Part shown: positions 1 to 10,643 of the stretch, in pieces
Numbering within the stretch: the stretch's first letter is position 1
How the letters are laid out: every line of letters begins with the position of its first letter
DNA from: Eledone cirrhosa
Taxonomy: Eukaryota
Direction of reading: 5' to 3'
Assembly: GCA_964016885.1 (NCBI GenBank)
Contig: OZ024749.1
Location: 248,001-312,000, forward strand
Length of the DNA stretch: 64,000 bases
Notes under the pieces: model-generated
What the model saw: the letters and a program-made list of their open reading frames with translations, nothing else
The model's database searches: none
Told to the model about the DNA's origin: nothing
Translations under genes and position numbers: made by a program

Positions 1-2760
1 CAGAGTGTCTGTTGTAAACACTAAATCCCTCCCCCATGAAGAATGCACCTCCAAACATAGACTGATAATTAGCGACCTCATAGTCAGGACGAGACGTACT
101 AGACAGCAGAAGAGGACTATCCTCAGGAGAAAAATATGGAAGCTAAAGGACCCCACAGCCAGAAATAAATTTAAAAGCATATTACTTGATGCTTTCGACA
201 GTAAGGAACAATTAGTCGTACAATATAGAGGAACAGTGGGAATTCCTGAAAGCAAACCTGCTGATGGCGGCAGACAAAGTCTGTGGCTGGAGCAGGCCTG
301 TAGGCAGAAGGAGAGTAACATGGTCGTGGAACAGTAAGGTGGAGGAGTCAATTAAGGCCAAAAAGCAGGCTTGGAAAGTATGGCAGGATGGGGGAAGTAG
401 AGAAGACTATCAAGTGGCCAGGAGGAAGCTAGGAGACAAGTGTACTTCGCAAGAAGGGAAGCAGAGGAAAGAAAGTTCAAGGATGTTCTACAACGCGAGG
501 ACCAAAAACGTGAGGTGTTCAGGATTGCTAGGCAATGTGTCAAGGAAAACCGTGATATTGTCGGGGAGAAGTGTGTACTTAATGATGATGGCGTACTTGC
601 CATCACTGACGCTGATAAGGTAGCTTGGAAGTGTCACTACGAAAGGCTACTAAATGAGGAGAACAAATGGGAGAAAGACAGTCTCCCCCACATCGACCCA
701 ATAGAGGGACCAGCAGTGTTAGTCGAAGGTAGTATAATAAGTAAGGCAATCAAAGATATGAAGACGGGTAAAGCGGCTGGGCCTTCGGAAATAGTTGCTG
801 AGATGCTGAAAGCCTCTGGAACGGTGGAACACACCATGGTCACCCGGATAGTAAACCAAGTCATACAGAATGGGGTTGTTCCGAAGGACTGGCATAGCAG
901 CATCATCATTAACTGTTACAAGGGTAAAGGAGATGCCCTAGATAGGTGTAACTATAGAGGCATTAAATTAATCAACGAGGTCATGAAGGTCACGGAAAAA
1001 GTAATAGCGCAACTAATCAGAGAGAGAATTGATCTAGATGAAATGCAGTTCGGGTTTGTGTCAGGCAAAAGTACCACAGACGCTCTTTTCATTGTACGAC
1101 AACTACAGGAGAAGTACCTAGCTAAAAGTAAACCCCTATACTTAGCTTTTGTTGACTTGGAGAAAGCCTTCGACAGAGTCCCCGGTTCCATTATCTGGTG
1201 GGCTCTTAGAAAACTAGGTGTTGACGAATGGTTTGTGAGAGCTATACAAGCCATGTATAAAGAAACAGTCAGCAAGGTTAGAATTAACAACGAATATAGT
1301 GAAGAGTTTAGCGTAAAAGTTGGTGTCCATCAGGGCTCTGTTCTTAGCCCCCTACTATTTATTATTGCCCTTCAGGCTATAACAGAGGAGTTCAAGACCG
1401 GCTGCCCATGGGAACTCCTATATGCAGATGATCTAACGCTCATAGCTGAATCAATGACCGAGCTAGAGAAGAAATTCCAAACATGGAAGCACGGCCTAGA
1501 ATCAAAAGGCCTTAAAATTAACCTGGCTAAGACTAAAGTTCTAGTTTGTAGGAAAAAAAATAAGGCGGCGGTCCCTTCCAGGAAATGGCCATGCTCAGTG
1601 TGTAGGAAAGGCGTAGGTAGAAACTCCATTTTATGTCCCAAATGCAAAGTATGGGTGCATAAAAGATGTAGTGGGATCACAGGTAAGCTAACTAAGAACA
1701 TAGATTTTACATGTGGCCGGTGCTCTGGTGCAATAAGTAGCAGCAAGTGCCCACAAAATACTAGCTCTTTCAATTGCGCAGAGGGTTCTATAGAAATAGT
1801 GGACAGCTTCCGTTACCTGGGTGACAAAATCAGCAGTGGGGGAGGGTGCTCTGAAAGTACAGTAGCTAGAGTCAGAACTGGATGGAAAAAGTTCAGAGAG
1901 CTTATACCACTATTAGCCGCTAAAGGGTTCTCCCTAAAAATGAAAGGCAGGTTATACGATGCCTGAATACGAACAGCAATGCTACATGGCAGTGAGACCT
2001 GGGCATTGTGTCCAGAGGATATACGCAGACTAGAGAGGAACGAAGCTTGCATGCTCCGCTGGATGTGCAATAGTAATATACGTGAACGGTTAAGCATAAA
2101 CGAACTAAGGAAAAAATTAGAAATAAGACGGATCAGATGTTGTTTACTCGAGAGAAGGCTACGTTGGTATGGTCACGTGATGCGCATGAAAGACGACAGC
2201 TGTATAACAAAGTGCAGGGCAATAAAGATAGACGGTAGCCACGGAGTAGGCAGACCCAGAAAAACCTGGGACGACATTATAATTCCGACCTCACACGCTT
2301 ACACCTCTCCAAGACAATGTCACTGGACCGAGACCTTTGGCGGTACTCAGTAATAGAGAAGACCCGCCTTACCTAAATACAAAGTAAAACCTACTAGTCA
2401 GTAGGCATCTCTATCAAAACACACACCCGTCCCACCACCCGCACCCCATCCACACCGCCCCTTTCAATGTAAAGTTATGTTGGTGCCACAACATCCAGGC
2501 CGAAACAAATGAGATCGTGTAGATGTCACGACAAAAAAACACACAGTCCACGCTGTAAATGTGGCCGTGTAGGCAACACGGTAAAAACCTCCCAGCCCCA
2601 CACTGTAAATGTGGTTGGTGTTAGGAAGGGCATCCAGCTGTAGAAAACCCGCCAGACAGTCCTACGCGAGCAAGACAACCACTCTTGCCTCAAGTGGGAA
2701 AACCCCCGTCCAAACCCATGCAAGCGTGGAACACGGACGCTAAACCTTGATGATGATGAT
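1..2760 (+). mobile_element. RTE-clade non-LTR retrotransposon, subfamily A; 5' end cut by window edge; disrupted
   Basis: ORF 440-1966 has RT motifs (AFVDLEKAFD, GVHQGSVLSPLLF, YADD). Premature TGA at 1964, continuation 1979-2353, about 370-bp 3' UTR, (GAT)n tail ending at 2760. Confidence 0.95.
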
Positions 2761-2770
2761 ATATATATAT

Positions 2771-2939
2771 CATCATCATCATTTAACGTCCATCTTCCAC
2801 GCTAGCATGGGTTTGGACAGGAATTTTTCCACTTGAGGCAAGATTGGTTGAGCAAGACAACCAATCTTGCCTTAGGTGGGAAAGCTCCCGTCCGGGCCCA
2901 TGCTGGCGTGGAGGATGGACATTGGACGATGATGATGAT
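2771..2939. repeat. Fold-back hairpin of two inverted RTE-A 3' termini; right arm A>G hypermutated
   Basis: 2771-2850 is the reverse complement of 2858-2939. The right arm differs from the RTE 3' consensus mostly by A>G. Confidence 0.9.
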
Positions 2940-2988
2940 ATATATATAAATATATAAATATATATATATATAAAGATATAAATATATA

Positions 2989-3911
2989 TGGGCGATAAAA
3001 TCAGCAGTGGGGGAGGGTGCTCTGAAAGTACTGTAGCTAGAGTCAGAACTGGTTGGAAAAAGTTCAGAGAGCTTATACCACTATTAGCTGCTAAAGGGTT
3101 CTCCCTAAAAATGAAAGGCAGGTTGTATGATGCCTGCATATGAACAGCAATGTTGCATGGTAGTGAGACCTGGGCATTGTGTGCAGAGGATATACGCAGA
3201 CTAGAGAGGAACGAAGCTTGCATGCTCCGCTGGATGTGTAACAGTAATATACGTGAACGGCAAAGCATAAACGAACTAAGGAAAAAATTAGAGATAAGAG
3301 GGATCAGATGTTGTTTACTCGAGAGAAGGCTGCGTTGGTATGGACACGTGATGCGCATGAAAGTCGATAGCTGTATAACAAAGTGCAGGGCAATAAAGAT
3401 AGACGGTAGCCAAGGAATAGGCAGACCTAGAAAAACATGGGATGAGCTGATAAACTCCGACCTCACACACTTACACCTCTCCAAGACAATGTCACTGGAC
3501 CGAGACCTTTGGCGGTACTCAGTAACAGAGAAGACCCGCCTTGCCAGTAGGCATCTCTAACAAAATACACCCCGTCCCGCCACCACCCCCACCCCATCCA
3601 CACTACCCCGTTCTAAGTAAAGTTATGTTGGTGCCGCGCCATCCAGGCCGAAACAAATGAGATCGTGTAGGTGTCACGACAAAAAAACACACAGTCCACG
3701 CTGTAATGTGGCCGTGTAGGCAACACGGTAAAAACCTCCCAGACCCACACTGTAAATGTGGTTGGTGTTAGGAAGGGCATCCAACTGTAGAAAACCTGCC
3801 AGACAGTCCTATGCGAGCAAGACAATCACTCTTGCCTCAAGTGGGACTACCCCCGTCCAAACCCATGCAAGCGTGGAACACGGACGTTAAACGTTGATGA
3901 TGATGATGATG
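2989..3911 (+). mobile_element. RTE-A 5'-truncated copy
   Basis: C-terminal RT ORF 3150-3560, 3' UTR and (GAT)n tail, flanked by (TA)n on both sides. Confidence 0.92.
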
Positions 3912-3937
3912 ATATATATATATATATTTATATATAT

Positions 3938-4597
3938 AAGGCATAAACGAACTAAGGGAAAAATTAGAAATAAGAGGGATCAGATGTTGTTTACTCGAGA
4001 GAAGACTACGTTGGTATGGTCATGTGATGCGCATGAAAAATGACAGCTGTATAAAAAAGTGCAGGGCAATAAAAATAGACGGTAGCCACGGAGTAGGCAG
4101 ACCCAGAAAAACCTGGGACGACTTGATAAATTCCAACCTTACACCTCTCCAAGACAATGTCACTGGACCGAGATCTTTGGCGCTACACAGTAATACAGAA
4201 GACCCGCCTTACCTAAGTACAAAGTGAAACCTACTATAGTCAGTAGGCATCTCTAAGAAAAATACACCCCCGTCTCACTACCCGCACCCCATCCACACCA
4301 CCTCTTTCAATGTAAAGTTATGTTGGTACCACAACATCCAGTCTGAAACAAATGAGGTCGTGTAGGTGTCACGACAAAAAAACACACAGTCCACACTGTA
4401 ATGTGGCCGTGTAGGTAACACGGTAAAAACCTCCCAGTACACACTGTAAACGTGGTTGTTAGGAAGGGCATCCAGCCGTAGAAAACCCGCCAGACAGTCG
4501 TATGCGAGCAAGACAACCACTCTTGCCTCAAGTGGGAAAACTCCCGTCCAAACCCATGCAAGCGTGGAAGATGGACGTTAAACGATGATGATGATGA
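3938..4597 (+). mobile_element. RTE-A 5'-truncated copy
   Basis: Matches the 3' end of 1-2760; (GAT)n tail; same 5' truncation point as 29277-29956. Confidence 0.92.
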
Positions 4598-4819
4598 TTA
4601 TTATTATTTTCCTAGATAACCATAACTTGTAGTATCCTACATTTTAAAATCTCTATACCTGTCACATTAACTAACGTTTTTCTTACTCACACATTCTCTA
4701 TTGAATTTATTACGTTTTCGCATTATTAGGGTATAAATGTTGAGTTTTCTCTTAGGTTAATCACTACCTTGATTAAATCTTAACCATTTAACATCTCAGG
4801 GTATGTCATGTATCATTAT

Positions 4820-4872
4820 ATTTTGTCTGATGAGGACGTACTGTTGTACCTCCGAAATATGTATAATAAAAT
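4820..4872 (+). ncRNA. Minimal type I hammerhead ribozyme (Penelope-type)
   Basis: Stem I ATTTTGT (4820-4826) pairs with ATAAAAT (4866-4872). Core CTGATGA at 4827-4833, stem II GGAC-GTAC/GTAC-CTCC, GAAA at 4854-4857, self-complementary stem III ATATGTAT, cleavage triplet ATA. Confidence 0.8.
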
Positions 4873-4921
4873 TTAATTGATCAAAAGAACATCTATTTTA
4901 TTAATATTTGTATTTTAATAT

Positions 4922-5471
4922 AGGCATACGTCAAGACGGGCGGTCTCAAAAGTGAAACTAATTTTACGATTGTGAATTTGTTCTTTTACACCAGGTCTCA
5001 ATAGTGAAAGTATAATGCAGACACACGCAATTGTATGGATTTCTTAATATATATATATGTGTGGGTGTGTATATATGTGTATAAATGTGTGTGTGTATGT
5101 ATATATATATGTGTTTGTGTCATCATCATCGTTTAACGTCTATCTTCCACGCAGGCATGGGTTTAGACGTATATATATGTTTGTGTATATATGTGTTTGT
5201 GTGTATATATATGTGGCCACATATATATATATATATACAGACACATATATATACGCCTAAACCCATGCTTGCGTGGAAGATAGACGTTAAACGATGATGA
5301 TGACACAAACACATATATATATACACACATATATATATATATTAAGAAATCCATACAATTGCGTGTGTCTGCATTATACTTTCACTATTGAGACCTGTTG
5401 TAAAAAAACAAACAAATTCACAATCGTAAAATTAGTTTCACTTTTGAGACCGCCTGTCTTGACGTATGCCT
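4922..5471. repeat. About 550-bp near-perfect palindrome
   Basis: Arms are reverse complements around GTGGCCAC (5213-5220); each arm contains about 50 bp of RTE 3' terminus. Confidence 0.9.
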
Positions 5472-5494
5472 TTAATATATATATATATATATAT

Positions 5495-5797
5495 ATAAAT
5501 GTAAGTATGCATGTATACGTACATACATATATGTATACAGACGTACAGTAGCATGCACATATATATATATATATACATATATACATACATATGCATACAG
5601 GTACACATACATATATGCACGTATCAGTTTAGCGGCGCTAACGTCGCTTTGTTCGTTTGTAAACAAACTGAACAGCCTGAATTTATGCCATACGGTGTTA
5701 AGGCAACCACGTCACCTTTTTGTTCAACACTGACACAGGAACGATGTACTAGTTTCAAGCTTGTTAGCTATCATCAGCACCGTTTACCCATCTGCCA
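5495..5797 (-). repeat. Inverted partial unit of the 466-bp repeat
   Basis: Reverse complement of about 5836-6138. Confidence 0.92.
5740..5784 (-). ncRNA. Minimal type I hammerhead ribozyme (inverted copy)
   Basis: Reverse complement of the motif at 5849-5893. Confidence 0.75.
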
Positions 5798-5848
5798 TCA
5801 TAAGGAAAGTATATACTTTCGAACGTTCAACTATCTGGCAGATGGGTA

Positions 5849-5893
5849 AACGGTGCTGATGATAGCTAACAAGCTTGAAACTAGTACATCGTT
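5849..5893 (+). ncRNA. Minimal type I hammerhead ribozyme, unit 1
   Basis: AACGGTG-CTGATGA-T-AGCT-AACA-AGCT-T-GAAA-CTAGTA-CATCGTT. 7-bp stem I, palindromic stem III ACTAGT, GTA cleavage triplet. First pair of stem II is U.U. Confidence 0.78.
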
Positions 5894-6314
5894 CCTGTGT
5901 CAGTGTTGAACAAAAAGGTGACGTGGTTGCCTTAACACCGTATGGCATAAATTCAGGCTGTTCAGTTTGTTTACAAACGAACAAAGCGACGTTAGCGCCG
6001 CTAAACTGATACGTGCATATATGTATGTGTACCTGTATGCATATGTATGTATATATGTATATATATATATATATGTGCATGCTACTGTACGTCTGTATAC
6101 ATATATGTATGTACGTATACATGCATACTTACATTTAAGTAAGTGCCATACTAAGAGTGAGAAATGAAATTTCGTTTTCATTTTGTTTCAATTTATCGTT
6201 TTCGGTATGCCTGACCGATTTAACTCACTCAATATGCAAATTAGGCTGCTCAGCCGTTAATTTTCATAAGGAAAGTATATACTTTCGAACGTTCAACTAT
6301 CTGGCAGATGGGTA

Positions 6315-6359
6315 AACGGTGCTGATGATAGCTAACAAGCTTGAAACTAGTACATCGTT
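6315..6359 (+). ncRNA. Minimal type I hammerhead ribozyme, unit 2
   Basis: Identical to 5849-5893. Confidence 0.78.
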
Positions 6360-6780
6360 CCTGTGTCAGTGTTGAACAAAAAGGTGACGTGGTTGCCTTA
6401 ACACCGTATGGCATAAATTCAGGCTGTTCAGTTTGTTTACAAACGAACAAAGCGACGTTAGCGCCGCTAAACTGATACGTGCATATATTTATGTGTACCT
6501 GTATGCATATGTATGTATATATGTATATATATATATATATGTGCATGCTACTGTACGTCTGTATACATATATGTATGTACGTATACATGCATACTTACAT
6601 TTAAGTAAGTGCCATACTAAGAGTGAGAAATGAAATTTCGTTTTCATTTTGTTTCAATTTATCGTTTTCGGTATGCCTGACCGATTTAACTCACTCAATA
6701 TGCAAATTAGGCTGCTCAGCCGTTAATTTTCATAAGGAAAGTATATACTTTCGAACGTTCAACTATCTGGCAGATGGGTA

Positions 6781-6825
6781 AACGGTGCTGATGATAGCTA
6801 ACAAGCTTGAAACTAGTACATCGTT
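6781..6825 (+). ncRNA. Minimal type I hammerhead ribozyme, unit 3
   Basis: Identical to 5849-5893. Confidence 0.78.
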
Positions 6826-7246
6826 CCTGTGTCAGTGTTGAACAAAAAGGTGACGTGGTTGCCTTAACACCGTATGGCATAAATTCAGGCTGTTCAGTTT
6901 GTTTACAAACGAACAAAGCGACGTTAGCGCCGCTAAACTGATACGTGCATATATGTATGTGTACCTGTATGCATATGTATGTATATATGTATATATATAT
7001 ATATATGTGCATGCTACTGTACGTCTGTATACATATATGTATGTACGTATACATGCATACTTACATTTAAGTAAGTGCCATACTAAGAGTGAGAAATGAA
7101 ATTTCGTTTTCATTTTGTTTCAATTTATCGTTTTCGGTATGCCTGACCGATTTAACTCACTCAATATGCAAATTAGGCTGCTCAGCCGTTAATTTTCATA
7201 AGGAAAGTATATACTTTCGAACGTTCAACTATCTGGCAGATGGGTA

Positions 7247-7291
7247 AACGGTGCTGATGATAGCTAACAAGCTTGAAACTAGTACATCGTT
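7247..7291 (+). ncRNA. Minimal type I hammerhead ribozyme, unit 4
   Basis: Identical to 5849-5893. Confidence 0.78.
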
Positions 7292-7975
7292 CCTGTGTCA
7301 GTGTTGAACAAAAAGGTGACGTGGTTGCCTTAACACCGTATGGCATAAATTCAGGCTGTTCAGTTTGTTTACAAACGAACAAAGCGATGTTAGCGCCGCT
7401 AAACTGATACGTGCATATATGTATGTGTACCTGTATGCATATGTATGTATATATGTATATATATATATATATGTGCATGCTACTGTACGTCTGTATACAT
7501 ATATGTATGTACGTATACATGCATACTTACATTTAAGTAAGTGCCATACTAAGAGTGAGAAATGAAATTTCGTTTTCATTTTGTTTCAATTTATATATAT
7601 ATATATTTATTAAAATAACAGATTAAAGTAAGTTTAAGCAAAGATCCCGTTAAGGGTGAAAGCAGCGATTCTCTGCTTAAACTTTAAACTGTTATTTTAA
7701 TAAATATTTGCTCTATGGGTTTTATATATATATATATATATATATAACGAAGGAAGTGGTAAGGAATCAGGTGGACCATAACGCGCCAAAGTACTCAATA
7801 CTAATGGTAGTAGAGCGGCTAATAGGAAAATGTTCAAGACCCCGACGTCAAAGTTCAAGCCATTTCAACGGCTATTTCAAGACTGTATATATATAAATAT
7901 ATATTTCAATCACGCACGCACATAATGGTGACCCCTATGACTACACAAATCATTGTATTATTGTTATATTTTTAC

Positions 7976-8029
7976 CTGAAGCGCAAGATATACAGGATTA
8001 ATATACAGTTCATCAACTTCAGCAGCCAT
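7976..8029 (-). CDS. Inverted duplicate of first coding exon (MAAEVDELYINPVYLALQ); possible paralog start or pseudo-exon
   Basis: ATG, 18 open codons and the GTAAAA donor are retained; 4 synonymous changes and 2 amino-acid changes versus 8135-8188. Confidence 0.5.
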
Positions 8030-8134
8030 TTTGATAGCAACACAAAGCTATTCAGCAGTGAATATTTCAATCACACACACACACATCTTGTGATTGAAAT
8101 ATTCACTGCTGAATAGCTTTGTGTTGCTATCAAA

Positions 8135-8188
8135 ATGGCTGCTGAAGTTGACGAGCTCGATATTAATCCTGTGTATCAGGCGCTTCAG
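8135..8188 (+). CDS. ANKRD27/VARP-like gene, coding exon 1 (MAAEVDELDINPVYQALQ)
   Basis: CAAAATGG start context and CAG|GTAAAA donor, phase 0. Resembles the ANKRD27 N-terminus (NPFYLALQ-type motif, recalled from memory). Confidence 0.8.
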
Positions 8189-8621
8189 GTAAAAATATAA
8201 CAATAATACAATGAATTTTGTAATGATTGGGGTCACCATTATGTAGCAAATAGGGTAACGTCCATGTAACTGTTAAGATGTATTCTTTGCAGGATGAATG
8301 ATAAAAAGAACGATGTTGACAACGTTTATTTTGTAATAATAAAATTCACTTCTTACATATAATATTGAGTAAAAAAAATCGTGACACAATTATCATTACA
8401 TTAACTAGCAGAAAAACCACCCTTCGAGTGGTTTTCTGCTAGCATGGGTAGTGTGTATATTGATATTATACGCATGTATATATACATGTAGATATGATAC
8501 ATAAAATAAAATCGTAATTGACAATATACACAGAAATTGAACGAAGACTGTGTTACACTGTCTTATGTAATGAGTAATCCATGATACATTAAAAAAAAAA
8601 GACAATATTATATATAAACTG

Positions 8622-10395
8622 TGTAACGACCCCTAGGGTAAAAAAAAAAGAGAATTAATTAGAGTTACTTCCTGTATCCATTATAAATAGACGAGACTTG
8701 TGTTTCTCACTCGGAACTGAACACTATATGTACAGAGCATATCACCTCTATCTTGCATGCCCGGATTACTTTATCTTTATTTCTCAAGTGGTTGGTATCA
8801 GAGTAAAATCAACAGAGCTTATCAACGTAACAAATGTTTTATTGATGGAGTGGTGTGTGCATAAATGTTAGTTCATACCTGGAGTTATATGTTAGCAGTA
8901 AGAAAGGATCGGAATGCATGTCTATTCCTAGGCCCCTTGATGGGGGGTCCCTAGGAAGATGTTATAAGTTCGGAGGCTGCAGTCCAACTGTCCCTTAGCA
9001 AAGGCAATCTTTGACTTGACGTCATAACAAGGGAGGCGACTCTCACTACAAAAGCTTCTACACCACCCTGTAAGGAGTGGTGCTGGTGCTATGACAAAAA
9101 AGTACATACACCACCATGTAAGGTGATAGTGCTGGCACCATGTCAAAAAGCTCCTACACCGCCATATAAGTTGGTAGTGCTGGTTCCACAACAAAAAGGT
9201 CTCAGTACACACTAAGTTGATAGTCCTGGTGTCATGACTAAAAGCTCCTACACCACCTTGTAAGGAAGTAGTACTGGTGCCACGAGAAAGCTCTCGGACC
9301 ACATCTTATCATCCTGCTTCAAACGGAATGTTGGAGCGTTTTCACCGCCAATTAAAGGCCGCTCTTCGTGCTTATCCAGACTCTCTACGTTGGAGCGAGT
9401 ACCTTCCTATTGTGTTCTTCCCGGCTGAATTGTTGCATGGTGCTCCTCTAGCATTGCCTGGGCAAATGCTTGCCCCTGTTGATCTTGTTACTCAAGATCC
9501 CCTTTCCTATGTATCTCGTTTGTGCTTGTATTTTCAGGACTTACCGCCTATGGATACCAGGAAACAAACTGTTAAAATTGCAGTCCTGAGGGATATTGCC
9601 TCGTAGACACATGTTTTTGTCAGAGATGACACTGTTAGACCACCTCTCACACAACTGTACTCTGGACCCTACCATGTGTTAGCACATACTAACAAACATT
9701 TTACTGTAGACATTAGGGGATCCAGAGAGACAATTTCGGTTGACAGACTGAAAAGGGCATACACTGACACTCATACACCTGAGCCACATATACCCCCATC
9801 TTTCACTGTTGTACATACACCTGCTCCTTCTGCCCTACCTTCACCTACATACAAGACCACCGTTCCGGTCGAAGAGTCCACTGGCCCAAAAGATTTTGTC
9901 AAACAGTTTATATCTGAACTGGCCACTATGGAGCCATTTTTGTATTGTGTATTACATGTTTTTCTTTACCTTGTTTCTTAACGGTTGAAAGTTTTCTTTA
10001 ACTATAGAGTTTTTTTTTAAATTGTTTTTTCATGTACCTTTTTCATACCTTTGCCTTGATCCCAATTTCTTGCGGGGTCGCTACAATTACCTTGGGGTTA
10101 TTTGCCTCTCGTCTGGAGGAGAGTATTGTAACGACCCCTAGGGTAAAAAAAAGAGAATTAGAGTTACTTCCCGTAGTCATTATAAATAGACAAGACTTGT
10201 GTGTCTCACTCTCTTATTCGCTGCCGGCCTCGTTCTGATGAGCAGCTCTCAATACTCTTGCGACTACTTCGGAACTGAACACTATATGTATCACCTCTAT
10301 CTTGCATGCCTGGATTACTTTATCTTTATTTTTCAAGTGGTTGGTTACCATCGGTATCTTCCGGAGAAGATTAAACCAATAAACCAATTCACTAA
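8622..10395 (+). mobile_element. Internally deleted Gypsy LTR retrotransposon
   Basis: LTRs start TGTAACGACCCC at 8622 (partial) and 10127. Polypurine tract CTGGAGGAGAG before the 3' LTR. AACTG target duplication (8617-8621 and 10396-10400). Integrase remnants YHPASNGMLERFHRQLK and ISVDRLKRAY. Confidence 0.85.
9049..9295. repeat. Degenerate about 48-bp tandem repeat (about 5 units)
   Basis: Recurring AAAAGCTCCTACACCACC..GTAAGG..GTGCTGGTG..ATG motif. Confidence 0.6.
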
Positions 10396-10547
10396 AACTG
10401 CATTAGGAGAAAATTAGTGACAGAAAATTAATGTTTATTTAAGCGATCGCCACCGGAAGTGTTGACATTTGAAAATTTTAAAGAAGTGAATCTTTAAATA
10501 AATAATAAAATATATTTAATGAACAGCCACGAAATTTAGTAGATAAA

Positions 10548-10643
10548 TTTGCCTTTCATCCTTATGGGGTCGATAAAATAAAGTACCAGTAATACACTGG
10601 GTAATTGCTGGCCTTGTGCCAAAAGTAGAAACAATTATTTATT
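10548..10643 (+). mobile_element. SINE 3' fragment
   Basis: GCCTTTCATCC...GTCGATAAAATAAAGTACCAG...GGCCTTGTGCC; absent from the Helitron sister copy. Confidence 0.5.

Larger units (their letters stand above)
5798..7594 (+). repeat. 466-bp tandem array (about 3.9 near-identical units) with one hammerhead per unit; non-LTR retrozyme / Penelope pseudo-LTR-like
   Basis: CTGATGA core recurs at 5856, 6322, 6788 and 7254 (period 466). Only isolated SNPs between units. No credible ORF. Confidence 0.93.
7921..8243. repeat. About 320-bp palindrome containing first coding exon and its inverted copy
   Basis: Arms about 7921-8075 and 8089-8243; short CA-rich loop; inner part perfect, outer part mismatched. 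Confidence 0.92.

Noticed and set aside
5511-7579. Repeated 66-112 aa ORFs in the 466-bp array
   Set aside because: Driven by TA/TATG low-complexity sequence, with no recognisable domain.
7835-7885. Minus-strand TTGAAA-TAGCC...GGCT-TGAAC resembling a decayed hammerhead
   Set aside because: Both core boxes deviate from CUGANGA and GAAA; cannot be supported.
8793-8803. TGGTATCAGAG as a tRNA-iMet primer-binding site
   Set aside because: It overlaps the point where the 5' LTR is truncated relative to the 3' LTR and is not preceded by a proper LTR end; may be coincidental.
10235-10280. CTGATGA-GCA...TGC-GACT in the Gypsy 3' LTR as a hammerhead
   Set aside because: No GAAA box and no consistent stem I or stem III.
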